Shown here: in pieces, positions 38,790 to 50,761 of the stretch
Numbering within the stretch: the stretch's first letter is position 1
Layout of the letters: each line of letters starts with the position of its first letter
Notes under the pieces: model-generated
Database searches by the model: none
Seen by the model: only the letters and a program-made list of their open reading frames with translations
What the model was told of the DNA's origin: nothing
DNA from: Dimorphilus gyrociliatus
Lineage: Eukaryota; Animalia; Annelida
Direction: 5' to 3'
Length of the DNA: 64,000 nucleotides
NCBI GenBank assembly: GCA_904063045.1
Contig: CAJFCJ010000014.1
Span: 558,001-622,000 of the forward strand
Position numbers and translations under genes: made by a program

Positions 38790-41700
38790 ATGCAGGATAC
38801 TAACTTTAAATTCGATCAACCAAAGCACTGCCCTATATTTAATCCGACGTCGCAGGAATGGAGAGATCCTTTGGAATATATCGCTAAAATTAAGCCCATT
38901 GGCGAAAAAGCAGGAATATGTAAAATAATTCCACCTAAAGTAAGCTTGATCATTTATATTTTACGTGTTAAAAAGTGCCTAGATTTAAATTGTTATTACA
39001 CTTTAGTGCTTTATAGAAATAAAAGGCTTTTGTACTATTTTTTAAAAAATTAACAATACATTATTTCGTGTTGTAGGATTGGAATCCACCTTTTGCGGTT
39101 GATCTACAAACATTTCGCTTTACACCTAGAATTCAAAAGCTAAATGAACTAGAAGCAAAATCAAGAGTTAAATTGTTTTTCCTAGAGTCTTTGGCAAAAT
39201 TTTGGGATCTTCAAGTTTGTGTTTATTATAAACATATTGTTAAAAAAATTAACAATTGTGTAAAACAATTAGGGGCAAACCGTAAGAGTTCCAAATGTCG
39301 AAAGAAAAATGCTCGATTTATTTCAACTACGAAAGGTAATTATAGAATTCTTTGTATAATTTTCAGTGTCTTTTACTTCCTTTATTCTTGTTGATTTCTA
39401 ATTTATTTTTGTACAATCTATAGATTGTTCAGGATGAAGGTGGTTACGAAGTCATTTGTAAGGAAAGAAAATGGATGAAAGTTGCTCAAATATTGGGTTA
39501 TCCCCAAGGAAAACACGTTGGCTCCACATTACGGGGTCATTACGAACGAATAATTTATCCTTATGACGTCTTTAAATCTGGAGTAAATGTTGATATGCAA
39601 AAAATTCAAGCGCACGTGGAAAAACTGAAGAGTGAAACATATGAAGCCGATAAGAGTAGAGATATTAAACCGAAAATCGATGATAAAGCAAACGCAAGTA
39701 AAAACGGGGAGGATAGAAGAGACGGAGAAGAAGAGGTGGGAAATGAAACTGAGTCACGTCGGCATTCACGTCGGCTTCTGCCTGCTAAAAACCTCGTAGA
39801 TGAGGTCGGCATAGTTGTTTGCGTTAGGATTATCGGCATATCATTTTTTTTTCAATTTTTAAGCAGCATTTTTAGTTGCTTTCTTTCAAAAGTAGTGTGT
39901 AGTTAAATGTGTTCGTTTATGTACAATGGCGGACGTGATACACGACACGTACGCTTTTTTTTTTTTTATATTGACAATAATATAAGTTTTTTTCTATATT
40001 TTTGTTGTGATTCGTGTATCTTATTATAGAATCTATTAGTAATTTTGTTTTTTTTTTACAGGACAAAGTAGATTTTAATAGATGCTCTGAATTGAAGAAA
40101 TTACAATTCTTTGGTGCTGGACCCAAAATGGCGGTTGCTGATCAGAAAGTGGTTGCAAAGAAAGAAGAGAGCCCCGCTAAAGATCGAGTTAAAACTCGAG
40201 ATAAAGGGAGAATGACTTATATAGACCATTATATGTGTGAATTGTGCGGTAGAGGTGACGATGAACCTCATATGCTTCTTTGCGATGGATGCGACGATGC
40301 TTTTCATACACATTGCTTGTATCCACCACTTTTGGATATACCAAAAGGTAAAATTAACTATAAATCATATCTTTATTTTTTTCCGTAAATCAACAGTGAG
40401 TTTATTTCGTGCAGGAGACTGGCGATGTCCTGAGTGTGTATCAAAAGTTTGTAACAAACCTCAAGGACCTTATGGATTTTTCCAAGCAGCAAAGGAATAT
40501 ACTTTATTTGAATTTGGTGAGAAGTGCGATTCATTTAAATCCGAGTACTTTGGCCAATCTGCTAACGCTGTTGCTTGCGAAGAAGTTGAAAGAGAATACT
40601 GGAGATTGGTAAATAGTTTGGATGACGACGTTCAGGTAGAATATGGAGCTGATATACATGCAATGGAGATGGGTTCAGGATTTCCTACTGAAGAGAGATC
40701 CTCTCATGCACCAGAAAAATATAAAAGTTGTAAATGGAATCTAAATAATCTAAGCGTTTTGCCACACAGTTTATTAAAACATATACCAGGAAATATATCA
40801 GGCATGAAAATACCATGGTGCTATGTCGGAATGTGTTTTTCCAGTTTTGCTTGGCATACAGAAGATCATTGGAGCTATTCTATTAATTATCTTCATTGGG
40901 GTGAACCGAAAACATGGTACGGTGTTCCTGGTGACAAAGCTGAAATGTTAGAGGATTGCATGAAACAATACGCTCCAGAACTCTTTGAGCAGTCACCTGA
41001 TCTATTGCACCAGCTCACAACCATAATGAATCCAAATACGTTGATGTTGTATGGCGTTCCAATTGTTAGAGCTGACCAAAATGCTGGAGAATTTATGATT
41101 ACTTTCCCCCGAGCGTATCACGCTGGATTTAATCAGGGTTTTAACTTCGCAGAGGCAGTTAATTTTACTCCCGTTGATTGGCTTAAGAAAGGTCGAGAAT
41201 GTGTCTCAAATTATAGGCAGATTGGTAGGCAATGCGTTTTCTCTCATGACGAATTGGTATTAAGCGTTGCGAGAAATTGTGATGATCTCGATGTAGTAAT
41301 CATAGAAGGTATATTGGAAGATTTACAAACTATGTATAAAGATGAAACAGCACTACGTGCTAACCTTGTTCACATGGGTTTCAATAATCATGAAAAGGTG
41401 ACCTTTTCTACTAAATCAGATGACGAACGCATATGTGTTATATGCAAGACAACTTTATATTTATCTGGCTTAGCATGTAAAAAATGCTCCACTGGAAGGG
41501 AAGAAGTTGAATATTATTGTTTATTTCATGCCAATTCAATGTGTTCTTGTGATCCGTCTAAATACAAAGCTCTTTACGAAGGCGTTGATATGGAAGAGAT
41601 TCCTAAGCTTATTAAAAAACTAAAGTCTAAAACGGAACTGGTAAATGAATGGTCTCAAACTATATCCCAAATACTCGCTGACGAGGAGAAAGGAAAGAGA

Positions 41701-44162
41701 ACGTTCGACGAACTGGTTGACTTAAAGGATGAAGCAATTAAAAAGAACTATTCAAAATGCCCTGAATTTAAAAAGCTTTCAAGATTGTTGAGCGACGCCG
41801 AAAAATGCGAAACAGTTGCAGTTCAGTTAAGCACAGCAAAGATTAGAACACGACAAAGAAATGCAGATAGTTCAACAGGACAATTGAATGTTCTTTCTGT
41901 TCCACGAGTCACTTTTACAGAACTAGTTTCTTTCGTTGAAAAGATTGACTCTCTACCGTGTAAAATTCCTCATGGAATGTCTATGAAAGGTTTGCTGAAA
42001 AAAGTCAAAGATTTCATTGAAGAAATGGACTCTGCTTTGCTAAGAAAACGGGAAGGTTCAGATATTATGTTTTACGAACAATTGTTAGAGAAAGGCATAA
42101 ATCTCAATGTTGAAATCCCAAAATTGCACAAATTGAAGCACGCAGTTTTACAAAGCCGATGGTTAGCTGATATTGACAAGCTTTTAGAAGGCGTGGAAAG
42201 TAGATCTGTACATTTGAACGATGTTAAGAAATATATGGAGAAGTATGTTAGCCTACCTGGAGAGGATGTATCTTGTCAACACGCTATGAGCTCTCTGCAA
42301 GAACTACTAAATGAGGCTGAAAGTATAGAGGAAAGGGCCGAAAAACTATTGACTAAAGAAAAGAGAGCATCTATTGTAGAATACGAAAATCTTGCTCAAG
42401 ACGCTAAGGATTGTCCAGCTATATTAGATAAGATGTCAATTGTTGAAGATGTTGTCGACAAGTATATATTATGGAAAGAAACGGCGGATGAATTAGAAAA
42501 TTCCACACCTTTTGTTGAGTCTATCGAGACTGTCATATCTAAGGGAAAAAATCTACCTGTTCACCTGGAACAATTTGCAAAATTCGAGGCATATCTGAAT
42601 TCGGCAAATTTATGGTTAGAATCTTGCGAGAAAGCTTTCATGAAACAGAAAAATAATGGATATTCTCTTATTGACATTCTCCTCCCCAGAAGTGCTTTCT
42701 TACAAGAGCACATTGCCTCAATATCTACAAATAAAAAGAAAGGAGCTTCAATTCTTAAAATGGAGAATAGTTTCGATGATAAAAGGATTCAAACGGAAAT
42801 TTGTGATCTCGAACGAAAAGAGATTCAATATCTTTATGAATTACGAAAAGCAAATCAATTAAAAGCGAAACAAGTGGCGTCGAAAGTAAATAACGATGAT
42901 GTTAAAATTTGTTTTTGTAAAAAGAAAGCTTGGGGTATCCTTATACAGTGTTCTCTATGTTGCCAACTCTATCATACGGGTTGCATTCAGTTACCGAAGC
43001 AGGCTTCTCTTGTTCTTAAATCGAAGAATACGGGTGAGGTACCAACTTCGAGCCAAGCTTCAGCAGCAGTTCAAGATCTCATGTGGCTGTGTAATACTTG
43101 TAGTCGTTCTAAGCGACCTCATCTTGAGGAAGTCTCCAACTTGGTTAATGTTTTGAAAAGTGTGTCTGGTGTTCGCATTAAAGAAGCAGAAGCATTGAAA
43201 CGCCTGTGTGAGAGAGGATTAAATTGGAGAAACAACGCGAAGATAGCTTTAAGAAGTCCTGAATTTCAGAGAGCTTTGAACGCACCCCAGAAATTGGTAC
43301 CGAACGAAAGTGTGAGAAGAATGAGTGGCGCATCATCTTCTGTCGAACATGACTACTCTGCGGCAGTAAACAAATCTATATTAGATTTAAATGAGGAAAA
43401 AAAGAATTTAATTGAGAGATTAGTCATAGAGGGAAATTTAATGGAATTAAGCGTTTATGAGTTGAAAGACTTGTGGAAACTATACGAAATGATAGCGAAG
43501 AAGGACGGTAGCTTTTTAAAAGTTCTTGTTATGAATTCTGTAGGTGCAACTAAGCCAAAAAAGAGGCTTTCAATGGATAAAGAAAAACCTTTGAAAAAGA
43601 AAAAAGCGAGAAGAAGTTTTGGTAAGATTAACCTTTTTTTAGGTAATATTTTTATCATAATAGCTCTAATTTTTTCAAAAGTAGGTCTGAAGGAAAAAAC
43701 AAAAGAAGATTGCGCAAGTGAGGAGGACGATGACGACGATGACGACGAAGATGAAATTTGCGCAGCGAAACCCTGTAGAAAACCTTCGAGTGATGTAAGT
43801 TATTTTATCAGCCATTATTCATCATTATATCAACAATAAAAACTAACTTATTTTTCTGATGCAATTTATAGAAGGTTTCTTGGGTGCTTTGTGACAAATG
43901 CAACAATTGGTTCCATTATTATTGCGTTGGAAAGAAAGACCACGAAATATCAGAGTCGGAAGATTTCAATTGTGGTTCGTGTATAAAAAAGAAACCGAGA
44001 AATTCTAATGGAAAATCTGGACCGGTACCTTATTCAAAAACTCCAGTGTCTCTTTTAAAGCAAAGAAGTACAACGGAGCGTAAATCGTCCAGCGAAGAAG
44101 ATATAGATTTTGTTGCAGTAGCAGCCCGAAAAAGAAATATGGAAGGAGTAAAGACTGATTGA
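38790..44162 (+). CDS. KDM5: H3K4 demethylase KDM5/JARID1/lid (JmjN, ARID, PHD1, JmjC, C5HC2, PLU-1, PHD2, PHD3)
   Basis: [21 protein letters not shown]; [15 protein letters not shown]; [12 protein letters not shown]; [27 protein letters not shown]; [36 protein letters not shown] and [12 protein letters not shown] (Fe ligands intact); terminal [15 protein letters not shown]. Confidence 0.97.
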
Positions 44163-44505
44163 GTGTGAGATGATATTGGCTATTCCTGTTTTCAAATTGT
44201 TTAATTGTTCCTTGTTTTAAATAAACACGATAAAAAAGAAAGTATGTTATGGGTTAAGTTAAGTGTGTATATTTTTTAAATTTCATAATTTGTACAGTAA
44301 AATATACGAATAATTTTTTTTATAAAAATGTTGATAATTCATATAAGTTTTTACATAAAGGAGTGGAAAACTAATGTAAAATATTTTAACTATGTCTTTA
44401 TCTTATTTATCAATTGTTTATGAATTTTTCAATAATACACATCAACAACAACTACTACAAACAAACAAAAAAGAATCTGATAGGCAAAACGCTTTCTAAT
44501 TATGT

Positions 44506-46329
44506 CTCGTGACTAGCACGAGCCCGCACACGTGGACGTCACTTTTTCTTTTCAATTATCATGGTCTATTACCTTGTTAACCGTGGAAACAATTAAAAAA
44601 AGAAATAAAGGAAAAGACACTGTTACGTAATCAAATTGAAGAAAAATTTTCATCTGCTAGCTCGTGTCACTGTTAATAAGAGGGAGAGCGAGAAAGATGA
44701 CGTTGGTGAATACATAGAAAAGAAGAGATTTTCTAATTCCCTAAATTGTCCCTGACCTTAATTGACTAATCAAAGTTTAAGTTCTTCGATGAAAAAAAGG
44801 GTTACACCCCTCAAAAAAAAGCAATATTGAGTTAACCAGGCTACGCAGTTAGTCAGATAGATAGATAGATAGATAGATAGACATACAAGACAGATAGACA
44901 GACGTAGAGATAAGAAAAATATTTTACTTATACTTCATAGGGTTACTGCTGGATGGTAGTGATATAAGCGTTAAACATCTATAGGCCTATTCAAGGGTTA
45001 ATTATGAATCTTTGGCACGAGGCTGACACGCCTTCCCAAAACGCTTACTTGACTGGTTCAAATTAAAATTGTAATTGCTCATAATTGATTTGAGTGGTTT
45101 TTAATGAAAAGAACAAGAAAGAAAGACAGAAGATGACGGTATTGATGAAGAAGAATAGTAGGTAACGATAATCGTTTCTTCATTTTTTTTCTCTGACATT
45201 TTGAATGAGTTTTTTTTTGTTTACTTGAATAAGACTTATTCTTTTATGAATGAACACAAAATACTTAAAAGATAATAAATGATAATAGTAACCAAGAAAT
45301 ACTACGATAGGAAAAAAATGTGTGGTTTGTGACTGATAGAGGGAGAACGAACGAAGTATTTAAGCCTATACAAATAAATTAAAACTGGTGTAATTTATTG
45401 GACTCGATTGATTTTCAAAAGTGTTTCCCATACGCGACCCACGTTCAATTAGGGCTTTAAGATCGCCTGAGAGCTATGATACAGTAAACACCGGCTTCGT
45501 CACTTTTAAACACGTCTCCAATGTAATCGGCTTATCTATACAACTGTTTGACCAAACCAGACGCCTACCCGCAACGAAGGCGCCTCCAGCGCGGCGGGAG
45601 CGTCGCCCCGTGTAAAACAAAAATGAAAAGAAGAAAAAGAAACTAGTTTTCTTAATAATTAAGATGTAAAAGTTAAATAATAATAATAATAATAAAGGAA
45701 TACCATACTGTTCATTTTAATTAATTAAGCCATTCAGAAAGCTAAATAAAGTTGGCGGTCGTACTAAAGAGGGATGGATGATAGGCTGTCGGCGGAAGCC
45801 GTAATCTAATCAGCAGGTATCAAAAATGTTTAATGAAAGTTAGAAGTCGGCGTTTTTTAAGGTTTTTTTTTTTAAACTAAATTTTACTCTATTCATCTTC
45901 GTCGTCAAATTTAAACGTCTCCTCTTTTTTTTCTTTTTGTTTCTTCATCAACCCAAAAAATTTTTCTACTTTAATCTGTTTAGATGAAAAAGGAAAAGAT
46001 ATAAAAGATTTTCTTTAATGAACATTATAACGCTCTTTGATTTTTCTTCTTTTTTCTTCTTTCTTTTAGGTGATCTTTCATATATACGCACCAATTCTTA
46101 TAAAGTATTAAATAATACATCACGTGACAATACGATAATTTAGAGGCACTTTTATTTGTCTATATAATATATAGAGTGATAAAGAAGATTTCAGAAATGG
46201 TTTATTTTCTTAATTTGACTTTGACCTAGTTTTTTTTGAAAGTAAATTTCATTGTTGCTAAAGTACATATACTATTATATATGACATATAGTATATAGAC
46301 TATAAATAGATATACATAATAAACACGCG
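44506..46329. promoter_or_regulatory. Candidate cis-regulatory region of the bHLH gene with HES/Hairy-type and E-box sites
   Basis: CTCGTG 44506, CACGAG 44517, CACGTG 44529, GACGTCA 44535, GTTACGTAAT 44622, CTCGTG 44661, TGGCACGAG 45013, TCACGTGA 46120 and CACGCG 46324, all within an AT-rich non-coding interval. Confidence 0.5.
44855..44882. repeat. (AGAT)n tetranucleotide microsatellite
   Basis: About 7 AGAT units followed by degenerate AGAC units. Confidence 0.9.
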
Positions 46330-46579
46330 CATGCTATTAAATATCATATGCTTTTTTCTATGATCTATTCCAATTTCTCGGCAAAGTTATCTGTTATTTT
46401 TTTAAATAGGTGTGAAATACTCTGAATGTCTCTTTTTCTAGTTTTTGGGCGGTCATTACAATTAAGTTCCTATTGAACGATAATTAACTAATAGGCTCCG
46501 CCTACTTTCTCGAACTAGTACATATACGGTTCGTCGTTAGTAAAACAATAGTCATTTGGACGAGACGCGTGCTGAAAAC

Positions 46580-47038
46580 ATGTATCCATACCCTTACGAA
46601 TTAGTTAGCGAATCTGCTGGAAGAATGCGGAGATCTTATGTTCCCCACTCGGATCGATCTTCAACATCCGTTATTAAAAGAAATGAAAGAGAGCGTAAAA
46701 GGATGGAAAGCTTGAATGGCGCTTTTAAAGACCTTCAAAGAAGGATCCCTCTATTGAAAAGAGCGGAAAAGAGGATACCAAAAGAGAAAATACTTAGAGG
46801 AGCTATTGCTTATATAAATCATTTATCGGATATTCTCAGGGACGGTCAAAATATTACAGTTGATGAAAATGCTCCAGGACTCGGAGAATGGTGTAGCAGG
46901 AAGCGAAAAACTAGTGACGAAGAAAGCATATTTGATTTAAAAAATTTTGGAGCCAGCGAAGAAACTATTCGTTTTATAGAATCTTTAGCAGAAGTATCGC
47001 CGAACCAATGTCATTTCGATCGTTTCTCACCTTCTTGA
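46580..47038 (+). CDS. Group A tissue-specific bHLH transcription factor with achaete-scute-like basic region, intronless; family not resolved
   Basis: SVIKRNERERKRMESLNGAFKDLQRRIPLLKRAEKRIPKEKILRGAIAYINHLSDIL. The ORF track start at 46556 is a TTG; the first ATG is 46580. Confidence 0.85.
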   Translation: MYPYPYELVSESAGRMRRSYVPHSDRSSTSVIKRNERERKRMESLNGAFKDLQRRIPLLKRAEKRIPKEKILRGAIAYINHLSDILRDGQNITVDENAPGLGEWCSRKRKTSDEESIFDLKNFGASEETIRFIESLAEVSPNQCHFDRFSPS

Positions 47039-47266
47039 TTAATTGATTACTATGAAGAAAAAAAAACTGATTAATTAAAAGAAACATACCGCCCACTATC
47101 GTTCTAGTCTTGATAAAAACTTGTTCGTATTTATGTTTGTGTTTTGCCTCCTGTAACGAGATTATAATAAAAAAAAACAAAATATTAATTACGAGTACTT
47201 TTTTATTAACTCTGTCCAGATTTTAGATTCATCGCACGGATATACACAAGTATTTTGCCGTAGCAT

Positions 47267-50200
47267 TTATGAGCAACAACAGCAACAACAGTTATTACAA
47301 CATCGTCTCAAATCATTTGCTTGTTGAATGCAACATATTATTTGAGCTGTTGCCCTCTCGTTCTCGGTTGAATCGTTGTCTTTATATCGAGGTTCTTCAA
47401 ACTTCTCTTCTCTGTCATGAGCTTTTATAGGAGTGAGTTGAATTAAGAATTTATTAGATAGCCTCCGGCCTTTGCTAGTATTTCTACTCGGGCTTCGTTT
47501 AACACACCACTCGTAGCAATTAGTACTTCCCGGAAGTTGACCCATTTCTCTCTCCTTATCAAAAAATACATTCTCTTGACCCACGGGCGTATTCAAGTGG
47601 CTAAAAAGTTTTTTCGGATTATCACTTTGCGGGACATTCCGTTTAATTTGGGTTTTACAGGGACAAATTTGTTGTTCCTTGGCTTGGGAGTCATTTCCTT
47701 TGTCCTCTTTCGTGGGAACACTAAAAGTATAAACAGTCGTATCGTAAATACCATTTGATTTATGACTTTTTGTAGGTAATGCTAATTTATCCTGTTTAAT
47801 TTCGTTTTTAATAATAAAACAGAAAGAAGAGGAAAAGTTCAGTTACGATTGATAAGAACAATTGACTGATTACCTGATATTCTTGATCGTTTCGATAAAA
47901 ACAATTGCATATCACTCGATCAGTGCAAGTTTGAAAGTCGAATGGTCTTTGATAATGTCCACTATTGTTGTTGCTATTATTTATAGTAAAATTCCCAAAA
48001 CCGTATTTGGGTCCGTTAGAACAAGTGCACGGAGTAGAGTAACAAGCTGTACATTGAACTAGACAGGGTAAAACTACGAAATTAGGATGTTTATTATTAG
48101 CTATTTCCTCTTGAACATTTGTTGAATTATTCGCAACAATTTTTCCCATTTTTATAGCACTTTCAATATTCATTAAAGATTCTTTAGTTTTCTTACTAAC
48201 AGGTGGCGCTGACTGACCGATTTCATTAATTTGAGTTAATTTTTTTACTAAATCCAGTTCGGCAAATTTTCTCACCATTTCCATATCACCAAGTTTCTTA
48301 AGAGTATCGCTGTGCTGATCAATCTTTTTAGCTGTTTCAATCTCGAATAAGCCTAATCGTTTTATTTCTTCAATTTCTCTGTTTTATACAAAGAGGATAG
48401 AACTTTTTTTGTTTTAAAAGATCAAGTTGAAAAGAACTTACTCTCTTATTTTTTGCATATTATCACTTTCCATAAACACATTTTGAGCTGTTTTTTTGCA
48501 TTCGCATACCGTCCGAGATGGGCAACTTTTTAGCAGCCCTTTCATTCTACCATCTTCTATGCAATAACTTTGGCATGCTGCGTCATTTCTTTGAGTGTCA
48601 GTCTGAGTGCAACAGGCTTTAGTTAATGGCCGACAAATTAGAGTATTCGATAAATTATAGTTCTCTTGCTGCTGAGAACATTGATTAGCAGTATTAGCAG
48701 TATTAGCTTGAACTGGTCGTTTTGGGAATACATTCTCAGCGGTAGGGTTAACATTATTCTTTGAAGGCAGAGGGTAACAACAACTATGATCATTCCCCTG
48801 ATACTGATTGATATAAGATGATTTTTTATTTGTTCTTAACCCAGTACTTAATATTGGAACAGCTCCCATGCGTTTATTGTGCGAATTTCTGCAATTTAAG
48901 AATGATTTATTCTGCGTTTGAAATTTATAGCATGTAGGTTCAGTTTGCTTTGGTGTATTAGAAGTGGGATAACAGAAGTATTCTTCAACTTCATCGTCTG
49001 CTTGAACATTCTTAAAAAGATAGAATAGACTTAATTTTATTGAAATCTATGATTTAAAAATATAATCAAACAAATAAACAAAACAGCTCTTACTAAATAT
49101 CTTCTATCGGCTGATGGTCGAATTTTACGAATTTTACCTTTTACAGGTATACCAAGATCTAAAGTAGAAAAACGATTAAGTCCACTTAAAAAATATCGAG
49201 GTAAATCAAAAAAGAGTTTTCATTGCACAATGGTCTGCTTTTAAGCAATTTTTACTTTGCGATTTCCTTCGTCTTTTATTACTGTTGTTATCGTTACGAT
49301 TTCTACTTGTTGGGAGACGACAATCGCATATTTCTAGGCCGAAAGGGAAATGAATGGTTTGAGGTTTAATTTTTTTATCTAACGGCGGTGGGGGTGGTTG
49401 ACACGGGTGAAACGGATAGCAAGTGCGAATTGGCTTTAATTGCTTGTAACAGTGGATTTCTTCTAAATCCTCTAACGGATTATTTGCACCTAAAGCTCGA
49501 TTCGAAAGCCTTGAATAAATGGTGGGATTAACTATTTCCTGCATAGGAACTGCGCAAGATAATTTAGAATCATCTTCAATTATCTTTCTACGAATTTGAA
49601 ACGGGTGTTGAAAAATTTCGGGCGCTCCTCTTTCCAACTTCAAGTAACCTATAATAGAAATAAACAGTTACCTCGAGATTACGAACGTTGTTAACTTTTA
49701 TATAAAGTGTGCACAATTATCAAATAAAGAGTGTATATTAAGAATCTCTAGGTAATGCTTATTTCTATTTGACAAAATGTTAATATTTACCTTTTGAACG
49801 ACGTGTTGCACTTTTCTTTTTCTCTTTTTTCTTTACAACTTATAAGAAAAGCACTCTGTAAATTTTATATCGATAAAATATATCTTTTCTACTAACCAGG
49901 CTGCTGCTCTTCCTCCTCCTCTTCTTCTTCTTCTTCCTCTTCTATATCTTCTAAGTCGTCATCTCCGTCGTCTTCTTCGTCTTCTTCCTCCTCTTCCTCC
50001 TCTTCAGTTTCCATTACGTTTGCAACAATTACCGATGGAACTCTTAAATGATGTTCTCTTTTACTCGACTTGTTATCGTAATAGCCATTGGAAAGTTTTC
50101 TAGAAGATTTTCTCAAATGTTGGGCAGTAGAATTTCGCCTCTTTGAAACTTTAGCGGAAAGACGATCGGAGGGTTCTTCAGATACGTCTTCCTTTGCTTT

Positions 50201-50761
50201 CGAAGATCTCCTTGAACTTTTCTTTACTTTACGATTTTCTAAGAATTCTGTATTGTCTTTTTTTCTACTTTTTGAACCATTGAGCTTTTCTTTGTCTTTT
50301 TTTGATTTACTTTTCTTTTTTTCGCTTTTCTCTACTTTCTTATTGCTATTTTTGCCTTTTTTATCCTCTTTATCCAGCCTTTTTCTTTTATCTGTACTTT
50401 TTCTAACTTCTTCAACATCCTCTTCACCCGAATCGTCATCATCTAGCTGATCTAAACTAGAAGCGAATGAAATATTCTCGTCGTCGTCGTCAACATCGTC
50501 TTCGTCACTTTCGGGTGTTTCTACTCGTTTTGCACTTTTTTTCTTAACTTCCGCTTTAGGTCGCTTATATTTAAAATAATCGTAACCGTATTTATATTTA
50601 GTGTTATTTTCATTCCAATTCCTAGCGGAAGTATCCAACTGATTGCTAGATTTTTTCTTAACATCAGCATAACTATCGTAAAGTTCATTTAAATCGGCAT
50701 CACCAAACACTTTATCAACGTACTCATTTAATTTTTTCTTAAAGATGGTCAATTTCCCCAT
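47267..50761 (-). CDS. Orphan protein of about 970 aa: K/S/E/D low-complexity N-terminal part, Cys-rich C-terminal part, about 6 exons
   Basis: Four ORF-track ORFs plus a 68-nt exon join in frame through GT-AG sites (QQPG-YLKLERG; N-LGIPVKGK...RRYL-NVQADDE; E-EIEEIKR; EYQ-DKLALP). It ends RRCCNNCCCCCS*. No homolog recognised, and some splice sites are best guesses. Confidence 0.6.

Noticed and set aside
50088-50450. Plus-strand Ser/Leu/Phe-rich ORF, and similar antisense ORFs over C19orf47, KDM5, NFKBIL1 and HSPA5
   Set aside because: These are shadow frames of Lys/Glu/Asp-rich coding sequence on the opposite strand.
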